IMG/VR virus record: IMGVR_UViG_3300046373_000059
Location: 960-64,959 of that record
DNA length: 64,000 nucleotides
From: a virus
Lineage: Duplodnaviria; Caudoviricetes
Reading direction: 5' to 3' (one strand)
The position numbers and the translations under genes were made by a program. This document shows positions 1 to 8,400 of this stretch, piece by piece; within the stretch, counting starts at the first letter, position 1; every line of letters begins with the position of its first letter. The notes under the pieces were generated by a model. It made no database searches. It worked only from the letters and a program-made list of their open reading frames with translations, and was not told the DNA's origin.

Positions 1-12
1 GATTCGCTGCCC

Positions 13-396
13 GTGGGATGGAAGATAACAGTGGCGCCTCCTGGTCGGACGCTCGACCAGAATGCGAAGCTGTGGCCCATGCTGGATGACATCGCAAAAC
101 AGGTCATCTGGTATGGCGAGAAACTGGACAGGGAAGACTGGAAGGACGTGCTGACGGCATCGCTCAAGAAGTACCGCGTGGTGCCGGGAATTGAAGGCGG
201 CTTTGTGGCATGTGGTATGCACACGAGCCGCATGTCGAAGCGGGATTTCAGCGAGCTGATCGAGCTGATCTACGCCTTCGGCGCGCAAAAGGATGTCGTG
301 TGGTCTGAGAAAGCGAAGAACGCATACGACGAATATCTCTATGAACTGAATTCAAAATCGAAAGCAAAAAATGCCTCCCAAAAAGAAAGTAGTTGA
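13..396 (+). CDS. ninB: NinB/Orf-family recombination mediator (true start may lie upstream of the window)
   Basis: RTLDQNAKLWPML...WKDVLTA...VPGIEGG...TSRMSKRDFSELIELIYAFGA matches the NinB/YbcN pattern; the window's other end carries recT and exo. Confidence 0.85.
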   Translation: MGWKITVAPPGRTLDQNAKLWPMLDDIAKQVIWYGEKLDREDWKDVLTASLKKYRVVPGIEGGFVACGMHTSRMSKRDFSELIELIYAFGAQKDVVWSEKAKNAYDEYLYELNSKSKAKNASQKESS

Positions 397-1396
397 AGCT
401 CCAGTCGAAGTCGCCAGCGAAGTTGTCGATGTGCCGGTCAGCGCCGTGGCAGCCTATGTCCCGTTCTATGCGGAACTGGCTGGTCTGGAAAAAGACAATG
501 CCGCTGTCGTGTTCGATTACGAAAGCAAGGCTGGCAACAAGGAAGCGCGCAGCCATATTTACAAGCTGCGCAAGACCAAGGCCGCACTGGAAGCAGCGCG
601 CACGGCGGCGAAAGAAAAGTCGCGCCTGGAAGGCATCGCCATCGACACTGAAGCCAAGGAAATCAAGGCTCGCGTCGAAGCCATGATCGACGTGCATCAG
701 AAACCGCTGGACGAAATCGAAGCGCGTGAAGCCGCTGCCGTGGCCGCGCTCCAGGCCAAGCTGGATGCCATCGTCACGTTCGGCAAGGAAGCCACGACGA
801 CGGAAGACCTGAAGTATGCGATTGATTCCCTGTTCGCTCTGGACATCGACGACAGCTTTGGCGACAAGAAGGCCACGGCGAAGCAGGCCAAGGCCCAGCG
901 CCTGACGGAATTGGGCGAGCTGCACAAGTCGGCGTATCAGCACGAACAGGAACAGCTTGAGCTGGCCGAATCACGCCGGAAGATCGCTGACCTGGAGCGC
1001 GCCGCTCGTGAAAAGGACATTGCCGACAAGGCCGCAGCGGCAGCTACCAAGGCAGCGGAAGACCGCGCCCGCGCCGACAAGGACGCTGCTGACCGGCAGG
1101 TTGCTGAAGCGAACTTGAAAGCCGAGAACGCCAAGCGCGCAGCCGAAGAAGCGCAGCGCCAGTCGGAAGCGAAGCAGCAGGCCGCCGTCGAAGCGGAACG
1201 CGCACGCGCCCAGGCAGAAGCGAACGCGGCGGCCAGCGCCAGCAAGGCCCGCAGCGAAGATGAACAGCATCGCGCCAAGTTCAACCGCGAAGCCTTGGAC
1301 GCCATGCTGGAAGCGGGCCTGGATGAAGCCGTGGCGAAGCGCTGCGTCAGCCTGATCGTGAAGGGCTTAATCCCTCACATCACTATGACTTATTAA
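371..1396 (+). CDS. Ala/Glu/Lys-rich coiled-coil phage protein (often annotated TolA-like)
   Basis: 341-aa ORF with phage-like codon use, long coiled coil, C-terminal IVKGLIPHITMTY. Confidence 0.75.
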   Translation: MPPKKKVVEAPVEVASEVVDVPVSAVAAYVPFYAELAGLEKDNAAVVFDYESKAGNKEARSHIYKLRKTKAALEAARTAAKEKSRLEGIAIDTEAKEIKARVEAMIDVHQKPLDEIEAREAAAVAALQAKLDAIVTFGKEATTTEDLKYAIDSLFALDIDDSFGDKKATAKQAKAQRLTELGELHKSAYQHEQEQLELAESRRKIADLERAAREKDIADKAAAAATKAAEDRARADKDAADRQVAEANLKAENAKRAAEEAQRQSEAKQQAAVEAERARAQAEANAAASASKARSEDEQHRAKFNREALDAMLEAGLDEAVAKRCVSLIVKGLIPHITMTY

Positions 1397-1403
1397 AATA
1401 AAC

Positions 1404-1432
1404 CTTGTAATCCAGTATAAGTGTCCTAATAT
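1404..1432 (+). promoter_or_regulatory. Putative sigma70-like promoter
   Basis: AT-rich gap with TTGTAA-16 nt-TAATAT upstream of AGGAGG and ATG 1455. Confidence 0.45.
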
Positions 1433-1454
1433 ACCGGGCAAGGAGGGGAACCAT

Positions 1455-1619
1455 ATGGATGCCGATACGACACAGAAGAACGACGCATACGCCGAATTCA
1501 ACCGGCTGCGCGATGACCGCTTCCAGAAGTATTCTGAAAGACAGGCGTTCCATATGGCCCTTGACTTCTACTTGAACGCCATCCAATACAAACCGGCCAC
1601 GCCGACAAAGGAGAAATGA
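1455..1619 (+). CDS. Small hypothetical protein (54 aa, MDADTTQKND...)
   Basis: Strong RBS AGGAGG; stop overlaps the next start (ATGA); below the ORF-track cut-off. Confidence 0.65.
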   Translation: MDADTTQKNDAYAEFNRLRDDRFQKYSERQAFHMALDFYLNAIQYKPATPTKEK

Positions 1620-2008
1620 TGTGTAGCTGTGACTTCAGCGACTATGAAATGCCCGCCTTCTACAAGGAAGCGCGGCATATAGCTCGCAAGGTGCATCACT
1701 GCGACGAGTGCAACTGTGCTTGCATCCTTCCAGGTGAAAAATACCTTACGGTTTCCGGCCTGTGGGAAGGCCATTTCAAGGTCTACAAAACCTGCGGCGC
1801 CTGCCTGGACATGAAGGCATACGTGGAATCAAAGGTCGCATGTTTCTGCCCTTCGCTGGGCGACCTGTACAGCATGGGCTGCGAAGAAATCATTGAGGCG
1901 CGCAAAACCCCTGGAGCCATGTTCGGCTTCGGTCGTCTTGCAGTAGCTCGCCAGCGCCGCCGCCGTTTTTTCAAGATGCAAGATGCACCAATCACAACGA
2001 GGAAATAA
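1616..2008 (+). CDS. Cys-rich (zinc-binding) phage protein
   Basis: ARKxHxCDEC...KTCGAC motifs; coupled to neighbours. Confidence 0.75.
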   Translation: MMCSCDFSDYEMPAFYKEARHIARKVHHCDECNCACILPGEKYLTVSGLWEGHFKVYKTCGACLDMKAYVESKVACFCPSLGDLYSMGCEEIIEARKTPGAMFGFGRLAVARQRRRRFFKMQDAPITTRK

Positions 2009-2625
2009 TGGATACCAGCTCGGAAAAAATCATGCACGCGGAAGATCGTATGCGCGCCCATGACCATAATCAGGACAATGCCGCCGTCGATCTGGCTGCT
2101 GTCGCCATGAAGGGCAAGATGGCCGCCTGCCGCGTCAAGGGCCGGTCAGGCTGGAACGACCCGCTCCTGTGCAGCGCGCAGACCCTGCGCAACATGCTGC
2201 GCGACCATGTGGAAAAAGGCGATCCAGTGGACGTGCTCAACATCGCCATGATGCTGTTCAATCGCGGCGCCTCGACGAAGGCCGATCTAATCCCGCTGGA
2301 TGTCACCGTCCTGCGCGACATCAAGGACGGCGGTAGCTGGAGCAATCCAGGCATACCTGACATTGGCGAAAACGATGGCGCTGGCTGGAATGCCTGGGTA
2401 CGCGATCAGGGTCTTGAGCTGCATGTTGAGCACCTGGAAGACGAGCCTGACGACAATCAGGCGAAGATCAATTACTTCGAGTGCGAAAGCGCCGACTACA
2501 GCGACTGGCAGGCCGAAGCCCCGCCCGCCGACAAGTACGGCAAGTGGCACACGTTCTCGATCCACGACACGGAAGACGGCCCTTGCTGGGTCTTCGCCCG
2601 CCGCCACACCTTACCGGAGCGTTAA
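2008..2625 (+). CDS. Two-domain hypothetical protein (N-terminal KGRSGW...HVEKGDPVDV domain seen in Ead/Ea22-type phage proteins)
   Basis: RBS GAGG; recognisable AMKxKM...KGRxGW...KGDPVDVxN motif. Confidence 0.7.
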   Translation: MDTSSEKIMHAEDRMRAHDHNQDNAAVDLAAVAMKGKMAACRVKGRSGWNDPLLCSAQTLRNMLRDHVEKGDPVDVLNIAMMLFNRGASTKADLIPLDVTVLRDIKDGGSWSNPGIPDIGENDGAGWNAWVRDQGLELHVEHLEDEPDDNQAKINYFECESADYSDWQAEAPPADKYGKWHTFSIHDTEDGPCWVFARRHTLPER

Positions 2626-2627
2626 TC

Positions 2628-3212
2628 ATGGCTGGCTATAACTTCACCACGAAGAATGCCGTGGCGCGCATCGAGCGCATCGAACAGCTTATCGGCATGG
2701 GCTTCAACACGGCGGCCATGATAGGCGAAAAGATCAACATGCCGAAGGGCACGTACAGCCATTACCTGTCGTTCATGCGGCAGAATGATCTGATCCACAT
2801 CGCCAGCTATGACCACGGCAACAGGCGCGGCGGCTACACGCCAGTGTATGCACTCGGCAAGCCGCCCACGGAAGACGAACTGCTGTTCGGTCGTGACGAC
2901 TACGACCACGAGCTGCGGATTTTTACGAAGGACTGGCAGGACGGCACGGCGCATCGTGACCCGCTCGACGCCGCGTTCTTCGGGCCAGTAACGCAGGACA
3001 GCGCTGGGCTGAATCCCAGCAACACAATCAAGGAAGAAGAAAATGGCATCGAGCACTACGACATCAACCAGCATCGGGAATTCTGCCGCACCATTGCCTC
3101 TGTCGGAACTGGATTCCCGGTTCCAGCGACTCGGCTCGGCGGTGGACTTCCTGCATGGGCACTTGAAAGAACTGGCAACGCGGCTTCAGCCGGTGCTGCG
3201 TCAGCAATCTGA
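2628..3212 (+). CDS. Putative winged-HTH DNA-binding protein
   Basis: ATG 2628 follows the stop at 2625; HTH-like N-terminus; RDPLDAAFFG motif; C-terminal tail overlaps the next gene. Confidence 0.6.
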   Translation: MAGYNFTTKNAVARIERIEQLIGMGFNTAAMIGEKINMPKGTYSHYLSFMRQNDLIHIASYDHGNRRGGYTPVYALGKPPTEDELLFGRDDYDHELRIFTKDWQDGTAHRDPLDAAFFGPVTQDSAGLNPSNTIKEEENGIEHYDINQHREFCRTIASVGTGFPVPATRLGGGLPAWALERTGNAASAGAASAI

Positions 3213-3354
3213 ATTGGCCGCAAGCACGGCCAGCGAATTGTCGGCGGTCGGCCCTGACGCCTCGCCATACGCGGGCCAGTTGGTCGGCCTGGAAAACTAC
3301 GTGTCGGGCCTGGATCATTCGATCCTGGACATCCTGGATCGTTTAGCAATCTAA
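3043..3354 (+). CDS. Hypothetical helical protein
   Basis: AGGAAG upstream; GC-rich third positions in this frame; followed by a GC hairpin at about 3358-3379. Confidence 0.6.
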   Translation: MASSTTTSTSIGNSAAPLPLSELDSRFQRLGSAVDFLHGHLKELATRLQPVLRQQSELAASTASELSAVGPDASPYAGQLVGLENYVSGLDHSILDILDRLAI

Positions 3355-3392
3355 CTGGCCGGGCCGGGTTCGCCCGGCCTATGGGGAGCGGT

Positions 3393-3836
3393 ATGAAACC
3401 GAAGGACGCGGGAATCCGTAAGGCGTATGAAGTGCTGAAGGAAGCGCGGGCCGCCGTAGCACAGGCACAGTACCGCGCCATACGCTATTGCAAGCACAAG
3501 GAAATCGGCCAGTGCAAGCCGAAGCTGTCGGACTATGGAACATCAGACCCTGAAGAACGCGCTTGCTTGCGCTGCGGTCTGCGTGAGATTGGATGGGGTA
3601 TCGGATACATCGTGCTGCATAGCGATCATCCGATTCTCCTGTCAAGGACTGAGGCGCAAAGCCTTTCCACCGTCACTCTGTACGAGCCTGACAAGTCTTT
3701 GATAAACCGTGAGGAATCCAGTCTTTACGATGTCGTGCGCGCAAAGCTGGACTTGCCAGTGTTGAAGCAAACCCAGGCCCGGCGCGACGCGGCGAAGAAA
3801 GCCCTGATGGCTACTTGGGCCAAGCATCAACCGTAG
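3393..3836 (+). CDS. Hypothetical protein with CxH...CxxC motif
   Basis: GGAG RBS before ATG 3393; converges on the lysis cassette. Confidence 0.65.
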   Translation: MKPKDAGIRKAYEVLKEARAAVAQAQYRAIRYCKHKEIGQCKPKLSDYGTSDPEERACLRCGLREIGWGIGYIVLHSDHPILLSRTEAQSLSTVTLYEPDKSLINREESSLYDVVRAKLDLPVLKQTQARRDAAKKALMATWAKHQP

Positions 3837-4062
3837 CATTGTGCCGGATCGCGCAGTCGGCATAGTTCGGCAGCACCTTGTCTTGCATCCAGGCTTGCCA
3901 CACATCGTAGTCATCCGATGCTGGCAGGCCATTTTTATGGCAAGGCTCGGCCAGCTTGCTATCGAGTTGTGGCGGCGTCCACTGCGGCGGCTGCGTCGGT
4001 AAGTGCGCGCACGCGGACAGGATCAGGCTTGCAGCCAGCAGGCAAAGGAGGCGGTTTTGCAT
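3811..4062 (-). CDS. Rz1: o-spanin (Rz1-like lipoprotein)
   Basis: Signal peptide with lipobox LSAC, Pro-rich segment, overlaps the i-spanin 3' end. Confidence 0.85.
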   Translation of the reverse strand: MQNRLLCLLAASLILSACAHLPTQPPQWTPPQLDSKLAEPCHKNGLPASDDYDVWQAWMQDKVLPNYADCAIRHNATVDAWPK

Positions 4063-4351
4063 TTTTCATATCCTTCCGAATGGCATCGAGCTTATCGTTG
4101 ACGCCGTTGATGGTGGCAGTGGACTTCACGGCAGCATCGTGGACTACCTTGCTGTCGTCAGCCAGCTTCTTCAATGCCGCCTCCGTGGCGTCTGCGCGGG
4201 CCGTGGCGGCTTCCAATTTGATTTTGGCTATGCTGGTGCCAAGTCGCCAGCCGTTCGTCGCCCAGCCTGCGCTGAAGCAGCCAGCGAGGATGATGCTGAC
4301 GATGACAACCTTGACCCAGCCCAGCCCGAAGAAATCCGCGATCTTGTTCAT
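3959..4351 (-). CDS. Rz: i-spanin (Rz-like)
   Basis: N-terminal TM segment then GW..NGWR and coiled coil; directly downstream of the endolysin. Confidence 0.85.
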   Translation of the reverse strand: MNKIADFFGLGWVKVVIVSIILAGCFSAGWATNGWRLGTSIAKIKLEAATARADATEAALKKLADDSKVVHDAAVKSTATINGVNDKLDAIRKDMKNAKPPPLPAGCKPDPVRVRALTDAAAAVDAATTR

Positions 4352-4872
4352 TTCAGCGCCTTCATAGCGGCAGAGTAAAACGCCAGTCGTTCGGCCAAGC
4401 CGTTGACGCCGCCGTTGACGCGGCGCGTCACGCGCTCCTGGTTGCCGGTATCGGCCAGGGCGTTGAGGTTGTTGCGCTTCCAGAACAGCCCAGCAGCGCG
4501 AGCCGCGTTGAGCGGTTGCTCCAGCAGCTCAGGATGGTTGATGCAGTCCAGGTGCAGCGCGGCGGCAGCCTGGGCGTAGTTGCTGCGGCCCGTGGTCTGC
4601 AACAGGCCGCGCCCCTTGAACCGCACGCCGTCGCCCGGCTGCGTATTGCCAAGGTCTTTGCGACCCTCGTATGCGGCGCCGCTCGCCAGCTCCTTGACCC
4701 AGCGCAGTTGGCCCGACTCGTGAGCGATCTGCGACAGGAAGGACGCTTGGCGCGCTGGCGTGCTGATGTCGAATTCAGCCATGGCTGCATTGAGCGGCCC
4801 CAGGAACAGGTCGGCTTTGCCGTAGGCCAGCGGCATGATGGCCTTGAGCTGGTTAAGGCTGATCGGTTTCAT
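4348..4872 (-). CDS. Endolysin, glycoside hydrolase family 19
   Basis: FLSQIAHESG, DGVRFKGRGLLQTTGRSNY, VTRRVNGGVNGLAER motifs. Confidence 0.93.
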   Translation of the reverse strand: MKPISLNQLKAIMPLAYGKADLFLGPLNAAMAEFDISTPARQASFLSQIAHESGQLRWVKELASGAAYEGRKDLGNTQPGDGVRFKGRGLLQTTGRSNYAQAAAALHLDCINHPELLEQPLNAARAAGLFWKRNNLNALADTGNQERVTRRVNGGVNGLAERLAFYSAAMKALK

Positions 4873-5092
4873 CGTGCAGCTTCATTTGTTTGATGACGCG
4901 GAGGATGGGGGCTGCCACGGCGCAAGCCAGCGACAGCAGGGCGAACGTCCGGTCGGGCACAAGACCCTTCATGAACGGCAGGGCATCGGTCATCTGCGAC
5001 ATCAATTCCAGGATGCCGAACAAAGCGGACAGAAGGCTGGCGCGCACGCTCCAGAACTTCAGCAGCTTTTCCTTTTCGTCGATCAGTTGCAT
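4853..5092 (-). CDS. Holin
   Basis: 79 aa, two TM segments, KFWSVR motif, overlaps the endolysin start. Confidence 0.75.
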   Translation of the reverse strand: MQLIDEKEKLLKFWSVRASLLSALFGILELMSQMTDALPFMKGLVPDRTFALLSLACAVAAPILRVIKQMKLHDETDQP

Positions 5093-5101
5093 GACATTCC
5101 C

Positions 5102-5467
5102 CTATTTAATCGGCCATTCGCCGTGCTTCAGTTTCTGATATGCGGCATAGCCTGCGCCAATCATGGCGACGACCTTGCCCAGCTTGCCGATGAATTCGAT
5201 GACCTTCATCCCGCCCTTCATCAGCTTAAACACTTCCAGCATTTCGCTGGAGTTGTCGCGGGTTTCCTTCGTCATGGCGCTGTTCTCTGCCACGTCACGC
5301 TTGAGCTGGGTCAGCTCTTCGGTGCAAATGTCGCTCTGCTTTTGCAGCACTTCGATCAGTTCCTGCTGATTAGCCAGCGCAACAGTCATGCTTTCGCGCC
5401 ACTCTGCCGTTGTAGGCTCGGTTTCATCGCCGTAATTGTCCACGTTTATCCCCTGTATCAAAGCCAT
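5102..5467 (-). CDS. Coiled-coil protein with C-terminal membrane anchor (lysis-associated)
   Basis: Coiled coil followed by a hydrophobic GKVVAMIGAGYAAY segment; first gene of the lysis cassette. Confidence 0.65.
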   Translation of the reverse strand: MALIQGINVDNYGDETEPTTAEWRESMTVALANQQELIEVLQKQSDICTEELTQLKRDVAENSAMTKETRDNSSEMLEVFKLMKGGMKVIEFIGKLGKVVAMIGAGYAAYQKLKHGEWPIK

Positions 5468-5495
5468 TTCAAGTGGCCCATGATACGGGGCCGGG

Positions 5496-8400
5496 TTATT
5501 TCATCACGCGCTCTGCGATCTTGTTTCGCATGGCGCTCAAACGATCCACTTCTGTACGTTTCTGACTGGCATCCATTTTACTGGATGCTTGTACTTGTTG
5601 AATTCGTAAATTGATTTTACTGATACTAGCGCTTGCCATACGGAACTTCGGCGCCTGCATTACCAGCTCCTTGTTGTCGGCCAGCAGCTCCTTGGCTTTC
5701 TCCAGGTTCCCGAGTTTCTTGTAATGCAAGACATCGGCCTGTGCCTCGCGCACCTGGACGGCCTGCTTGTAAAACTCTTCCACGTAGCGGCTTTGATTCG
5801 CTGGCAGCTCCTTCACCCAATCGCCCACGAAGAAGGCTTCGTCCACTTTCTTCTCGGCCTTTTCTGGCAGGTTCATGGCTGGGCGCAGCGGCGTGTCGGC
5901 GGCCATGGCGATGTGCGAGCCAAGCCAGCCGAAGTACCCGGCGATCATGTAGTCGATCTGGACTGGCGACAGGACGCCAGCCTTGCCCAGCATGATAGCC
6001 ATGGCCGTGGTGTTGCCGCCGATGCGCTCGGACTTCGACAGCTTCTCCATGCCGGGCGTTTCGATGGCGCGGTTGCGGAACGGGTCGTTGTTCGCGTAAA
6101 GATCGACGGCTGGCTTGACGAGCTGCGGCACAGGATTCATCGACAGGTTGTCCATGACGATGTGGTACAGGCGCGTGGCGAAGCGGTCGCGGGCCTTGGC
6201 ATCCATGCCGTCCAGGATCATGTCCAGGCCGCGCTCTGCGATGGTAGCCATGGCGCCCACCTCGAACGGCTTGGGGATGCGGATGGCATGGCCGCCCGTC
6301 TTGAACCACCAGAAGTTATCCCGATCCCATTCCTCGCGGCGCTTCCAGTCATCGTCGTCGCGGTTCGCCAGCATCAGGGCGATGGTGGCGATAGTCGTGG
6401 CGCCCAGCACCGTGGCGAAGCGGCGCGGGTCGTCCTGCATGGCGCGGCCCAGCTTGTACAGACCCTGCAAGCGGGCGTTCATGAACGGCACGGTTTGCGT
6501 CAACAGGCGCACGGCGGGCCATGCACCTTGCAGGCCGAAGTCCATCGAGTCGCGGGTGTTGTAGGACGCTTCCAGATGGCTGGCGCCGTTCGCAATCATC
6601 TGCGTGTAGATGGCGGCCCGCGTGATTGTCTCGCCACGGTCGCCCAGCTCCATCCAGCCATCGTATGCTTTGTTCAGCATGCCCTTGATCTTCGACGGCG
6701 TGTCCATGATGCTGCCCGCTGGCAGCGTGCCGATCAGGTTTTTCAGATGGGCTGCGCGGTTTTCCTCGTAGGCGGAACCCATGCGGAACAGGCCGCCGCC
6801 AGCCAGCATCTGCGCGTACATCGGGTTGTCCTTGGACGAATACTTGATGCCGTCAGCCAGATTCTTCGCCACGTTTAGCGACATCGGGTTCGCCGCGATG
6901 GCCTGCAATTGGTCGCGGATGATGTTGCGGATTTTGTAGGTCGGGCCGAACGTCACGCCGAACGACAGCATCCGCTTTGCCTTGGTGGCGATGTCGATGA
7001 CGCCGCCCTTCATGCCGCTGAAGGCCAGCGACGACACGGCGTCAGCGATAAATGGATCATCCACGACGTAGTGCATTTCCTTGCCGTTCTTCAGGACGAA
7101 CACGGAACCCTTCGTGGACGACGTGACATTGTGCGCCACGCCCAGCTTCTGCGCCGCGTCCAGCGTCGTGGCCGCTGCCTGATTCTTCAGCGATGCCGAC
7201 AGCAGATGCGACCAGTTGAGCACGGTGTTTTGCATCAGGTCATTCAGGTTATCCTTGCCGCCCTTCAGCTTCTTGAATGCGTACTGGTTCGTCAGGCCAG
7301 CAAGATTACGCGGGCCGACAGCCTTACCGTCGTCTTCCAGGACGCGGTAGAACGGGACATAGAAATCCTTCTCCCACTTGTGGCGCTCGGCCCCGTCGAT
7401 CATGCCGGATTTCTCCGCGATGTCGAGGATGGATTTCGAGAATCCGTTCAAGTCCTTCAGCACCTTGGTGTACAGGGCTGTACGGTTTTTACCGTCAGCC
7501 GTGGTGCCCTGGTTCAAGGACTTCAGCGCGCTGATGTCGGTATCGGTGAAGAGGTTTTCCTTGCCCTCGGTCTTCAGCTCGGCGGCGCGGTTGCCAGCGA
7601 CCCAGGAAAAGAAGCGGTCTTGCTCGCCGCCCAATTGCTTCATGGTGTCGATGAAGCCGCCCGTGTTGTCAACCTTGATGGCGCCGTCAGCGTCCAGCGA
7701 CAGCTTGCCGTAATTGAGCATGGCTTCCAGGCCGCCGTCAGCGGACTTCGACAACCGGGCCTGCATGTACGCCTTCATGTCCAGCGCCTTGATTGGCGCG
7801 AACTGATCGACGATACCCTGCACCAGCTTCTTGCCCAGGTCTTGCTTCATTTCCGTGAAGCGTTCGCCAATGGTTTTCTCAGGAACCCACAGGCCCACCT
7901 TCTGCGCAATCTGAGGCGTCATGCCTGGGACTTGCGACAGCCAGTCAGGCGGCGTGCGCGAGAACGCCAAGTCGGGCTTCTCATTGGTCGAAGTCCACTC
8001 AGGCATCAGGCCCACTTTCTGCGGAGCGTACTGCGTGTCGGCGCCGTTGGCTGTCTTATTGAATTCAGCGAACGGGCCGAAATTTACCCACGAATTCTGG
8101 CCGCGAGTCTCGGTCGTCATGGCTGGGCGCGCAAGGTCGGAGTACATGGAAGCGTGCTGCTGCCATGCGTTTTCCTCGCCCTCGGCGCGGAAGCCGACGC
8201 CCTCTTTGATGTGGCCGAAGTAGTCATGCACGATGCGGAAAACGTCGTTTGCCACGAGCTGATGGTCGCCAATCTTTTCGTCCACGGGAGCCAGCAGCGG
8301 GTTGCCGCTGATGTCCACGTTGGCAGACTCAGTGCCGCCAAAGCCCGACGTAGTTGGGTAGACCCAAAGATGGTTATTATTGACCACATCCAGGATTGCA

